A stretch of DNA of 64,000 nt from an uncultured Spirochaetaceae bacterium (GCA_964488255.1 CAZAUR010000015.1:6598-70597); one strand, 5' to 3'; positions 46,207 through 54,204 are shown, counted from the first letter of the stretch. Notes: generated from the sequence alone by a model not told the origin. Translations and numbers: made by a program.

Positions 46207-46293
46207 GTGGGCAGCGTAATCAAGAAGCGCCGCAAGAAGATGCGCAAGCACAAGCAGCGCAAGCTTCTCAAGCGGCAGCGTCACAAGAAGTAG
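46207..46293 (+). CDS. bS22-like small basic ribosomal protein (28 aa; AURKAIP1/COX24-like mini-protein), not called as its own ORF in the track
   Basis: AGGAGA lies 6 nt before GTG 46207. The product is VGSVIKKRRKKMRKHKQRKLLKRQRHKK, then TAG. This matches the MGSVIKKRRKRM.KKKHRKLL pattern of the small subunit protein bS22. It is the tail of the otherwise implausible track ORF 45346..46293. Confidence 0.7.
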   Translation: MGSVIKKRRKKMRKHKQRKLLKRQRHKK

Positions 46294-46368
46294 ATCCGGC
46301 CGGGGCGATCGCCGCGATCCGACCGCGTGACGGGTCCTTGTGAAAGGTCCTTTGTTCGCGCAAGCAAG

Positions 46369-46414
46369 AGCCGTCCTCCATTCGCCGAAAGGCGTGTGCG
46401 AGAACGGCTTTTTT
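46369..46414 (+). terminator. Rho-independent terminator candidate after the bS22-like gene
   Basis: AGCCGT (46369-46374) pairs with ACGGCT (46404-46409). An internal CGCC-GAAA-GGCG hairpin sits between the arms. A T6 run follows at 46409-46414. Confidence 0.5.
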
Positions 46415-46523
46415 GCGTTCTGGACTCCGTCGCCCAGGCGCGTCGCGCTTACGCGAAGCGCCGATCGTGGCGCGACGAAACGCGGCTCGATTCGATGCAA
46501 AGTTGCCTCGTCGATCGCAAGTC

Positions 46524-46548
46524 GAGGGTACATCCCTCTGTTTTTTTT
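46524..46548 (+). terminator. Weak hairpin plus T8 run (possible terminator of an unannotated short transcript)
   Basis: GAGGG-TACAT-CCCTC followed by TG and TTTTTTTT (46541-46548). This is the longest T run I noticed in the window. Confidence 0.3.
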
Positions 46549-46862
46549 GACGAATTCTCTTGACGCTCCGAAGTTGCTGGTGTTACCTCGGACGCAACAA
46601 ACGCTCTAGAGGTGCGGTTTGATACGTGAAGGTGCTGATGCGCCTTCAAGTTGCTGGTTCACGAAACCGATAGGAACTCGCAGTTAGGTCTGCGAAGTCC
46701 CGGAAATTCCGAACGAAGCTCGTGAGAGCCGCGGGAGGAGGCCGGGATCCTCTTCGAGGATCAGTCACGGGTCCGAGGTGACCGCAGCGACTTCGGTCGA
46801 TGCGAGCACGGCGAACCCGGCAGACCGAAGCCAAGAGCGATTGAAAAGGGGGAATCCCAAGA

Positions 46863-47141
46863 ATGGCTGCTCGAAAGAAGGCCACCAAGCGCAAGGCGAC
46901 CAAGAAGAAGGCCACCAAGCGCAAGGCCACGAAGAAGAAGGCGACCAGGAAGAAGGCCGCCAAGAAGAAGGCCCGAAAGAAGGCGACCAAGAAGAAGGCC
47001 GCCAAGAAGAAGGCCAAGCGCAAGGCGACCAAGAAGAAGGCCACGCGCAAGAAGGCCGCCAAGAAGAAGGGCCGCAAGAAGAAGGCCGCCAAGAAGAAGA
47101 AGGGCGCCAGGAAGAAGAAGGCTGCTCGCCGCAAGCGCTAG
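46863..47141 (+). CDS. Lys/Ala-rich histone H1-like nucleoid protein
   Basis: 92 aa, almost entirely (K/R)KA(T/A)KKK repeats (MAARKKATKRKATKKKATKRKATKKKATRKKAAKKKARKK...). GGGGGAA lies upstream of the ATG and a terminator follows. The other two frames over the same DNA are repeat artefacts. Confidence 0.7.
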   Translation: MAARKKATKRKATKKKATKRKATKKKATRKKAAKKKARKKATKKKAAKKKAKRKATKKKATRKKAAKKKGRKKKAAKKKKGARKKKAARRKR

Positions 47142-47156
47142 ATGCGCGTGGTGAAC

Positions 47157-47182
47157 GGCCTTCCGATTTTTGGAAGGCTTTC
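47157..47182 (+). terminator. Rho-independent terminator after the H1-like gene
   Basis: GGCCTTCC, loop GATTTTT, then GGAAGGCT followed by TTC. It starts 16 nt after the TAG. Confidence 0.6.
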
Positions 47183-47354
47183 GAGGGACCCCGGCTGAGG
47201 GACCCCCGTTTTCGGGGGGACCTGGCCGGGGTTTCCTTCTTGAGGGGCCTGGGATAGGCTCCCGCCCCGCGGCTGCCGTTCCGGCGGGGTATTTCCCCAC
47301 GGCAGCTCCGCCCCCGAATTTCTGCCCGGATCCATCCGAGGAGGCCTGACCGAC

Positions 47355-47663
47355 ATGGCCCGTATCACGATCGAAGATTGCATGGAGCAGGTCCCGAACC
47401 GCTTCGAGCTCGTCCGCATGGCCTCGATCCGCGCCAAGCAGCTGAAGAAGGGCGCTCGCACCCTGCTCGAGCACCAGGAGAACAAGGAGGTCGTGACGAG
47501 CCTCCGAGAGATCGCCGCCGGCCTCGTGAAGCCAGGCGACGCCGAAGTCCCGCCGGCGCCCGACTACGACGCGGCCGCATTCGATCCGGCGCCCGCGGTC
47601 GAGGAAGCCGCGCCCGCAGCACAGGCCGCCCCGGTCGCGGAGGAGCCGACGCCGGAAGGCTGA
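47355..47663 (+). CDS. rpoZ: DNA-directed RNA polymerase subunit omega
   Basis: Begins [30 protein letters not shown]..., the conserved omega N-terminus; GAGGAGG SD upstream. Confidence 0.92.
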   Translation: MARITIEDCMEQVPNRFELVRMASIRAKQLKKGARTLLEHQENKEVVTSLREIAAGLVKPGDAEVPPAPDYDAAAFDPAPAVEEAAPAAQAAPVAEEPTPEG

Positions 47664-47688
47664 TCGCCTCGCTCTGCTCGTGAAACGG

Positions 47689-47728
47689 CGACGGCCGCCC
47701 CCTCTCGGGAGCGGCCGTCGTGTTTCTT
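47689..47728. terminator. Bidirectional terminator hairpin between the convergent rpoZ and kinase-like genes
   Basis: CGACGGCCGC (47689-47698) and GCGGCCGTCG (47711-47720) form a perfect 10-bp stem. GAAA lies on the 5' side and TGTTTCTT on the 3' side. Confidence 0.6.
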
Positions 47729-47752
47729 CGGAGCCGGGTTGTCGGTGCGAGG

Positions 47753-49024
47753 CTAGGCGATCACCACCGGCACGTTGAACTCGATGCGGGTGCCCACGCC
47801 GGCTTCGCTCCTGAGGACCGACTCGCCGTCGAGGAGCACGAGCAGGTCGTGCACCAGAGTGAGGCCGAGGCCCGCGCCGCGGTACTTCGCGCAGGCCTGG
47901 TCGTCGACCTGGTAGAACTCTTCCCAGATGTGCTGCTGGTCGTCGGGGCAGATGCCGATTCCGGTGTCTTCGATCCAACAGTGCAGGCGTTCGCCATCGA
48001 AGCCGGCGCCGATCTTGATCGTGCCTTCGTCGGTGAACTTCGCGGCGTTGTCGAGCAGCAGGAAGAGGATCTGGTTGATCTTGCCCAGGTCGCCCCGGAT
48101 CTTCGGCAGCGGCTGCGGGATGTCCTTTTCGATCTCGACGGGCTTGCCGAGCACGGTCTCCTGGACGCTGAAGATCGTCTCGTCGATCACGTCCGGGACG
48201 CTGAGCTCCTGGATCTCGATCGGGAGCTCGTCCTGCTTGATGCGCCAGAGGTCGAGGATGTTCTGCAGCGTGCGCTGGAACGCGGTGCCCTCATCGAGGG
48301 CGTTGCGGAGCGTCTGCTGGGAGTTCTCCGACAGCGTTTCCACCTCGCTCGAGAGCACCGTGATCGTCGCCTCGATGATGCTGTTGAGCGGAGTGCGGAG
48401 CTCGCGGGACATCTTTTCGATGAAGTCGTTCTTGAGCTTCTCGATCTTGCCCAGCTTCTCGTTGTTGCGGAGCAGCTCGATGTCCTGGGCGAAGAGCTCT
48501 TCCGAGAGCTTCAGCAGCTCGTCGTTCTTCTCGTCCGCAGCCTCGAGGTGCTTCTCACTCTCCGCGGAGAGGGACGCATAGCGCGCGGCCAGGGCAGGGT
48601 GGTCGACCTGTGCGGCGGCGGCCCACGCGAGGGTCTCGAGGTTCGCGCTGGTCTCTGCGGCCAGCGGCGCCTGGGGCACGACGACGAGCGCGCCGACGCA
48701 TCCCTTGCGCGCGATGAGCGGCAGGCCCCACATCGATGCGCCACGAAGGCGCTCGGCGAGGGGGGCGACGACGGGAGCGGTCTGGGGCTCCGCGGCGTCC
48801 GCGATCGTACGCACGAACTCCTCGAGGGTCGCGGCGGTCTGACGCGCCTCGTCCGCGGTCGCGAAGCCCGCGGCGGCGCGTAGGCGGCCGCTCGTGGGGT
48901 CGCCTTCGGTGTGCGTGTAGACGAGGCTCGCGCCTCCACCGATCAGGCCCGCGGCCTGGCTGGCGGTGATGCGGAGGGCGCGGGTGAGGCGCTCGTCGCT
49001 GGTTCCGGTCGGGGTGGTGCTCAT
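47753..49024 (-). CDS. GAF-domain histidine-kinase-like protein with degenerate H-box (Arg in place of phospho-acceptor His)
   Basis: 423 aa with an N-terminal GAF-like region and a coiled coil. The DHp H-box reads FIEKMSRELRTPLNSI, where the canonical form is SHELRTPL; the codon is CGC, from plus-strand GCG at 48404-48406. The HATPase_c domain looks intact, with an N box LLDNAAKFT, G1 EDTGIGI and G2 GAGLGLTL. Confidence 0.85.
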   Translation of the reverse strand: MSTTPTGTSDERLTRALRITASQAAGLIGGGASLVYTHTEGDPTSGRLRAAAGFATADEARQTAATLEEFVRTIADAAEPQTAPVVAPLAERLRGASMWGLPLIARKGCVGALVVVPQAPLAAETSANLETLAWAAAAQVDHPALAARYASLSAESEKHLEAADEKNDELLKLSEELFAQDIELLRNNEKLGKIEKLKNDFIEKMSRELRTPLNSIIEATITVLSSEVETLSENSQQTLRNALDEGTAFQRTLQNILDLWRIKQDELPIEIQELSVPDVIDETIFSVQETVLGKPVEIEKDIPQPLPKIRGDLGKINQILFLLLDNAAKFTDEGTIKIGAGFDGERLHCWIEDTGIGICPDDQQHIWEEFYQVDDQACAKYRGAGLGLTLVHDLLVLLDGESVLRSEAGVGTRIEFNVPVVIA

Positions 49025-49037
49025 CTCGGCGCCGCCG

Positions 49038-50183
49038 CTAGAACCGCTCGTCGGGTTCGATGTCGAAGGGCTCTTCCGGCTTCGCGTCGACCTGATCGTC
49101 GTCGTGGACGAGCCCTTCCATCTCGAGCTTCGTCTGGAAGTCGGTCGGATTCGAAGCGGCGTTCAGGGCGCCCTCCATCGTGATCTTGTTCGCCTTGAGC
49201 AGATCGAGGAGATGCTGATCGAAGGTCTGCATCTTCTCGGCGCGGCCCCGGGCGATGTATTCGGTGATCTCGTGCGTGCGCGCGGGATCCTTGATGCACT
49301 CCTGGATCGAGCGCGTCGAACGCATGACCTCGACCGCGGGGACCCGCCCATTCTGCTTCTTGTTGACGAGCAAGCGGAGCGAGACGACGGCCTTCAGGTT
49401 GTCCGCGAGACGTGCGCGCACCTGCATGTGCTCTTCGCTCGGGAAGAACGACACCAGGCGGTTGATCGTCGAGGCGACGTCCGCGGTGTGGATCGTCGAG
49501 AAGACGAGGTGTCCGGTCTCCGCTGCCTTGAGCGAGGTGTCGACCGTCTCGAGGTCGCGCATCTCGCCGACCATGATCACGTCGGGATCCTGGCGCAGGG
49601 CGGCGCGCAGGGCGTCCGGGAACGAGTCGGTGTCGGTGCCGATCTCGCGCTGGGTGATGATGCTGCGATCGTGCGTGAAGACGAACTCGATCGGATCCTC
49701 GACGGTCACGATCTTGCTCTTCCGCTGACGGTTCACCTCGTTGAGCATCGTCGCGAGGGTCGTTGACTTGCCCATGCCCGTCGGGCCCGTGACCAGCACG
49801 TAGCCGCGGCGGATCGTCGCGATGTCTCCGAGGACGGAGGGCAGGTTCAGATCGGCGAAGGTCTTGATCTGGAGCGGGATGACCCGCAGCACGATGTTGA
49901 AGTAGCGGCGCTGGCGGGAGATGTTGACGCGGAAGCGTCCCTCACCCGGGAGCTCGAACGCGAGGTCGCGCTCGTTGAAGTCGAGATCCTGTCCGAGCGG
50001 ATCGTTCTCGATCAGGATCCGGACGATCTCCTCCGTGTCCTGGGGAGTGAGGACCTTGTAGCGGAGCTCGACGAGCTCTCCGTGGAAGCGGTAGAGCGGC
50101 AGATAACCCACCTGGAAGTGGATGTCGCTCGCGCCCTTCTCGATTCCCAGGCGGAGAAGCCGGTACAGCTTTTCCCGTTCCAT
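49038..50183 (-). CDS. pilT: PilT-family type IV pilus retraction / secretion ATPase
   Basis: An internal ATG with a GAGGAG SD gives MEREKLYRLLRLGIEKGASDIHFQVG.... Walker A is GPTGMGKSTT; also DPIEF, ITQREIG, PDVIMVGEMRD and GHLVFSTIHT. There is an acidic C-terminal tail. It ends 13 nt upstream of the kinase-like gene. Confidence 0.9.
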   Translation of the reverse strand: MEREKLYRLLRLGIEKGASDIHFQVGYLPLYRFHGELVELRYKVLTPQDTEEIVRILIENDPLGQDLDFNERDLAFELPGEGRFRVNISRQRRYFNIVLRVIPLQIKTFADLNLPSVLGDIATIRRGYVLVTGPTGMGKSTTLATMLNEVNRQRKSKIVTVEDPIEFVFTHDRSIITQREIGTDTDSFPDALRAALRQDPDVIMVGEMRDLETVDTSLKAAETGHLVFSTIHTADVASTINRLVSFFPSEEHMQVRARLADNLKAVVSLRLLVNKKQNGRVPAVEVMRSTRSIQECIKDPARTHEITEYIARGRAEKMQTFDQHLLDLLKANKITMEGALNAASNPTDFQTKLEMEGLVHDDDQVDAKPEEPFDIEPDERF

Positions 50184-50434
50184 CGACGCTCCTCGCAGCG
50201 AGGCGGACCGGCTTCGTCGCCGGACCAGGCTCTGCGCGCAGTGGCACAGATAGAGGACATATCGGCCTGCGGAGACAGCCCTTGACCCCGGAAACGAGGG
50301 CCACGGAACCCAGGGAGCCGGGTGCGGGTCCGCTATCGTGTCCGGACCCGAGGGCATCGGGCGAGGAGGACAGCGTGAGCGGAATCCGGAGCGGGCGAGG
50401 TGCGGTGATGCGGCCGGTCCAGCGGGGCCCCGAG

Positions 50435-51031
50435 ATGCGCTCGTTTCCGATGGGGTGGAATACCTTCATCGTGGCAATCTCCCTTGCACTCTTCGCGGGC
50501 CAGGTTGGCGCCGAGGACGAGGTGCCGCCGACCCCGGCGGAGCCCGAGCTGGTCGTGCCGATCGGGGACGGCCCGGCTCCCGGCGACGGGGCGAAGGGTC
50601 CAGGACTCGACGCGCTCCTCCACGTGCCGAGCGACTATCTCGCGCCGCGCGGTCGGACCATCGGCGGCGTCGGCGAACCGGAGTGGCGGCGGCGATTCGC
50701 GCAGGTCCACAAGCAGCTTCGCGGAGCCCAGTCCGCCCTCGACGAGATCAAGGCGTCGCTCGACGAGGCGTCGGAGGGCGGCGGGTCGAGCCAGTGGGCG
50801 GTGGCCCCGCCGGGCGTCTCGAATGCCGGGGCCGGGGGGCCGACGAACTCGCCACTGTCGTTCCGCCTGCGGCAGGAACTCCTGCGCAAGCGAGAAGACC
50901 TCGAAGCCGCCGAACGTTCCCTCCGGGACCTGCGGATCGAGGCCGATCTGGTCGGTGTGCCGGTCGACTGGCGCGGCGACCGCGACGTCCCCCTCGGCAA
51001 GCGCCTCCCCGATTCTCCGTACTACAACTAG
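50435..51031 (+). CDS. Hypothetical secreted protein with coiled-coil segment
   Basis: Signal-peptide-like MRSFPMGWNTFIVAISLALFAGQVGAEDE. The start is chosen among in-frame ATGs (50282, 50435, 50450) and is uncertain. I recognise no family. Confidence 0.5.
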   Translation: MRSFPMGWNTFIVAISLALFAGQVGAEDEVPPTPAEPELVVPIGDGPAPGDGAKGPGLDALLHVPSDYLAPRGRTIGGVGEPEWRRRFAQVHKQLRGAQSALDEIKASLDEASEGGGSSQWAVAPPGVSNAGAGGPTNSPLSFRLRQELLRKREDLEAAERSLRDLRIEADLVGVPVDWRGDRDVPLGKRLPDSPYYN

Positions 51032-51227
51032 ATCGATTGTTGCATGGCGACGTCTTCGCCAACGGCTATCTTGCAACCGCTTTTGCCCCTGCGGGGGCCG
51101 CGAATGGGATTCCGCTGCGACTGAAGCGCGGATTCGCCGACGGTGGAAGAGCCGCATGCGCCCATGGGGGCCGAGGGCGCCAGCCCGGATCGCGGAATCG
51201 AGACCCATCCAGTCAGGAGACACCCCG

Positions 51228-51404
51228 ATGTCGACCGAAGACGAAAAGAACGACGACTACAACGAAGACGGCCCGGGCATCAACAGCGACCTCGGTTCCT
51301 GGCTCTACGTGCTGGGCGGCATCCCGAGCATGATCATCTTCTTCGTCCTGCTCTTCGGGCTGACCGGGGCGTGCGACGCCAACAACGTGCTCTTCCCGGC
51401 CTGA
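51228..51404 (+). CDS. Small hypothetical membrane protein (58 aa; only the tail of a long implausible track ORF)
   Basis: AGGAGA lies 7 nt before ATG 51228. The product is MSTEDEKNDDYNEDGPGINSDLGSWLYVLGGIPSMIIFFVLLFGLTGACDANNVLFPA, an acidic head plus one TM helix. Confidence 0.5.
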   Translation: MSTEDEKNDDYNEDGPGINSDLGSWLYVLGGIPSMIIFFVLLFGLTGACDANNVLFPA

Positions 51405-51630
51405 GCGCCCGGTACAGCGCGCGCGGGCACCACCTGCGCCTGCGCTGCCGATCTTCTTCCACACCGCGATCTCCGGCGCCGCCGGGGTCGCGGTGTTTTC
51501 GTTTCCGGCCGCGCGACCTCGGCAACGGCGGAGAGTGCGGCCCCGCCGTCCGCGCGCAACGGAGCCGCGCCCGGGTCGCGGATTCCAGCCACGCCTCAAT
51601 CTAGCCCCGGGTCGGACCGATACCGGGTCC

Positions 51631-52386
51631 ATGCAGCTCCGATCCGTTCCCACCCACTGGCGGCGTCGCGCGCCGGTGCTCGTCGCCGGGCTCGCGCTCG
51701 TGCTCGGGCTCGGGTGCGCGGGAACGTCGCTCCATCACGTGCTGCCCTCCGGTCTCGACTACTTCCAGGCACCGCGCTCCGACGACGTGTGGAGCCCGAA
51801 GATCGAGGGCTGGCAACGCCGCGAGCGCTTCGACGCTGCGTTGATCGCGCCGCTCGAAACGGGTCCCGCCGTCGAGAGCGCCGGGTACAGCGCCGCCAAC
51901 GCGGTCCTGCCAGAGGACCAGACCGCCGAGAACGGGCTGCGCGCGAAGTACTTCGCGTTCCGCGCGGATCGCAAGCGGGCCCTGGCGCGGGAGGTCGCGG
52001 ACTGGATCCAGACCGAGGCCAAGGTCCACTATCGCGAGGACGGCGCCGTCGACCATTGGGCGACCCTCGAAGAGACCCTCGCGCGCGGGGGCGACGACTG
52101 CGACGGCCTCGAGCTGCTCGCCTTCCACGCCCTGCGCGATCTGGGCTTCGCCGACAGCGAGGTCTATCGCGCCATCGTCGTGCGTCCCTCCGACGGCCAG
52201 CACCACATGGTGACGCTCTGGTTCGAGGACGCGGGCGACCCCTGGGTCATCGACCCGACCGGCGCCATGACCCTCGGCATGCCCCGCATGTCCGAGATGA
52301 GCGACTGGGTCCCGATCAAGGTCTTCACCGAGGACCTCGAGTTCACCGTCCGGGACCGTGCGGAAGCCTTCGCTCACTCGCACTGA
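51631..52386 (+). CDS. Lipoprotein, transglutaminase-like cysteine peptidase (BTLCP/LapG-like) candidate
   Basis: Internal ATG, with lipobox VLGLGC. A possible Cys-His-Asp arrangement is GGDDCDGLELLAFHALRDLGF ... GQHHMVTLWF ... PWVIDPT. The family call is by pattern memory only. Confidence 0.45.
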   Translation: MQLRSVPTHWRRRAPVLVAGLALVLGLGCAGTSLHHVLPSGLDYFQAPRSDDVWSPKIEGWQRRERFDAALIAPLETGPAVESAGYSAANAVLPEDQTAENGLRAKYFAFRADRKRALAREVADWIQTEAKVHYREDGAVDHWATLEETLARGGDDCDGLELLAFHALRDLGFADSEVYRAIVVRPSDGQHHMVTLWFEDAGDPWVIDPTGAMTLGMPRMSEMSDWVPIKVFTEDLEFTVRDRAEAFAHSH

Positions 52387-52459
52387 AGACGCTTCGCGCG
52401 GGTGCCTCCGATCGCACGCGCCGGTTGCTCTTTCGTGCGGAAGCCTTCGCTCACTCGCA
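52357..52459 (+). repeat. Perfect 26-nt direct repeat, two copies 77 nt apart
   Basis: CGTGCGGAAGCCTTCGCTCACTCGCA occurs at 52357-52382, covering the last codons of the lipoprotein gene, and again at 52434-52459. Each copy is followed by an in-frame stop (CAC TGA / CAT TAG), so both encode ...AEAFAHSH-stop. Confidence 0.9.
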
Positions 52460-52535
52460 TTAGGCCTCCCGTTGCTCGGGGGTTCTCCCGGGTGCTGCTT
52501 CGGGGCTAGGTCGGATGGAGCCGCCCACGGCGTCA

Positions 52536-52543
52536 TCCGATAA
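52536..52543 (+). promoter_or_regulatory. Sigma-28 (FliA)-like -10 element candidate upstream of motA
   Basis: TCCGATAA compared with the consensus GCCGATAA, 58 nt before the motA ATG. No TAAA-like -35 is seen at the expected 15-nt spacing. Confidence 0.2.
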
Positions 52544-52600
52544 GCGAGCCACGGGACACCCGCGCCCAGCGCGCGGGAACGGACCGGAGGCCTCGCACGG

Positions 52601-53365
52601 ATGGATCTCGCAACAGTAATCGGACTCGCGCTCGGCTTCGGCCTGATCATCGTTGCGATGGTCCTGGGCGGGGGGGTCATGCCCTTCGTCGATGCCCAGA
52701 GTGCGCTCATCGTGATCTTCGGCACGTTCGCGGCGACGCTCACGAACCAGAAGATGCCCTACGTGATCAGCGGGCTGAAGTCGGCGCTCCAGGCCTTCTT
52801 CGACAAGTCGAGCCCGAAGGCCGACCTCGTGCCGCTGATCATCGACCTCGCCGGCAAGGCGCGGAAGGAAGGGCTCGTCGCCCTCGAAGGCGAGGAGATC
52901 CCGGACCCCTTCATGGCGCGCGGTGTGCGACTCGGCGTCGACGGGCTCTCTCCGGAGCTCATCACCGAGACGCTCAAGGGCGAGCTGTCCGCGATGAAGG
53001 AACGCCACGAGCGCGCGCAGCAGATCTTCAAGTTCATGAGTGCGACGGCGCCTTCGATGGGCCTGATCGGTACGATCATCGGACTGGTCCAGATGCTCCA
53101 GAATCTCGACGACCCCGACTCGATCGGTCCTGCGATGGCGGTCGCGCTCCTCACGACCCTCTACGGCGCGATCCTGGCCTTCGTGGTCTACGGGCCGATC
53201 GGCTCGAAACTCGAGAACCGCACGGCGGAAGAAGTCGCCTCGAAGAAGCTCGCGATCGCCGGCGTGGAGTCGATCCTCAAGGGCGACAACTCGATGGTGA
53301 TCCAGTCGAAGCTCGAGTCCTTCCTGTCCCCCGAAGAGCGCGAAGCCCTCGGCGACGGCGACTAG
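52601..53365 (+). CDS. motA: Flagellar motor stator protein MotA/PomA
   Basis: 254 aa with four TM segments. Contains SATAPSMGLIGTIIGLVQML and AVALLTTLYGAILAFVVYGPI, typical of the MotA/ExbB/TolQ channel core. Confidence 0.92.
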   Translation: MDLATVIGLALGFGLIIVAMVLGGGVMPFVDAQSALIVIFGTFAATLTNQKMPYVISGLKSALQAFFDKSSPKADLVPLIIDLAGKARKEGLVALEGEEIPDPFMARGVRLGVDGLSPELITETLKGELSAMKERHERAQQIFKFMSATAPSMGLIGTIIGLVQMLQNLDDPDSIGPAMAVALLTTLYGAILAFVVYGPIGSKLENRTAEEVASKKLAIAGVESILKGDNSMVIQSKLESFLSPEEREALGDGD

Positions 53366-53376
53366 GCGGTTAGCCC

Positions 53377-54204
53377 ATGGGTCTCGATCCGAGCGAAGCC
53401 GAGGACCACGCCTGCGAAGAGGGCGCGCCGGCGTGGCTCGCCACGATGGGCGACCTGATGAGTCTGCTCCTGGTCTTCTTCGTGCTCATGCTCTCCTTCG
53501 CGAACATGGACAAACAGCTCTTCATGGAGGCCATGGGCTCGATCCAGAACGCGCTCGGCGTGATGGAGGAGAACCCGGGCACGTTCAAGGTCCAGAGCTC
53601 GTCCATCATCGAATGGTCCGAGAAGAAGTCGACGCCCTTCATCGACGTGATGCAGGTGAAGAAGTCCGAAGACGCGCCGACGATGGACCAGAAGATCATG
53701 CAAAAGGTCCAGCAGGCGATCGCGGAGAACAATCTCTCTCGGATCGTCGACGCCGAGTCCTCGGAGAGGGGCGTGATCGTGCGCGTGAAGGGCGGGGCGC
53801 TCTTCAAGCCCGGCTCGGACAAGCTCCTCCCGATCTCCTTCGTCTTCCTCGACGAGGTCATCCGGATCACCGAAGAGTTCCCCTACGAGCTCGTCATCGA
53901 AGGTCACACCGACGACGCCCCCATCCGGACGCCGCGGTTCCCGACGAACTGGCACCTCGCAGCCGCGCGATCGATCGCGGTCCTCCGATACATGATCGAC
54001 GCAGGCGACATCGATGCGAGTCGTGTCGCCGCCTCGGGCTACGGCTCGACCCGGCCTCTCGTCCCGAACGACTCGCCCGAGAACCGCGCGGTGAATCGCC
54101 GCGTCGAGTTCGTCTACAAGCGCGATCCCGTCGCGGATCGCGCGACTCGCGCCCAGCGCCGCGTCCGTCGCGCCGAGGCGCGCGCGGACTCCGCCGGAAG
54201 TTAG
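53377..54204 (+). CDS. motB: Flagellar motor stator protein MotB/PomB (OmpA-like C-terminal domain)
   Basis: APAWLATMGDLMSLLLVFFVLM contains the conserved Asp before the TM helix. The C-terminal part is GHTDDAPI...TNWHLAAARSIAVLRYM...GYGSTRP...NRAVNRRVEFV. Confidence 0.92.
   Translation: MGLDPSEAEDHACEEGAPAWLATMGDLMSLLLVFFVLMLSFANMDKQLFMEAMGSIQNALGVMEENPGTFKVQSSSIIEWSEKKSTPFIDVMQVKKSEDAPTMDQKIMQKVQQAIAENNLSRIVDAESSERGVIVRVKGGALFKPGSDKLLPISFVFLDEVIRITEEFPYELVIEGHTDDAPIRTPRFPTNWHLAAARSIAVLRYMIDAGDIDASRVAASGYGSTRPLVPNDSPENRAVNRRVEFVYKRDPVADRATRAQRRVRRAEARADSAGS

Noticed and set aside
46646-47257. Alternative ORFs over the H1-like gene (46646..47134 minus strand, FFLAAFF-rich; 46778..47257 plus strand, EEGHQAQGDQ-rich)
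   Set aside because: They are generated by the same AAG/GCC repeat DNA read in other frames. Neither has an SD, a sensible start context or terminator placement, whereas the Lys/Ala frame has all of these.
50242-50256. Perfect sigma-54 -24 element TGGCAC in the pilT/hypothetical divergent region
   Set aside because: The -12 position, 5 nt downstream, reads GAGG instead of TTGC(A/T). Without the GC dinucleotide at the correct spacing this is not a credible RpoN promoter.
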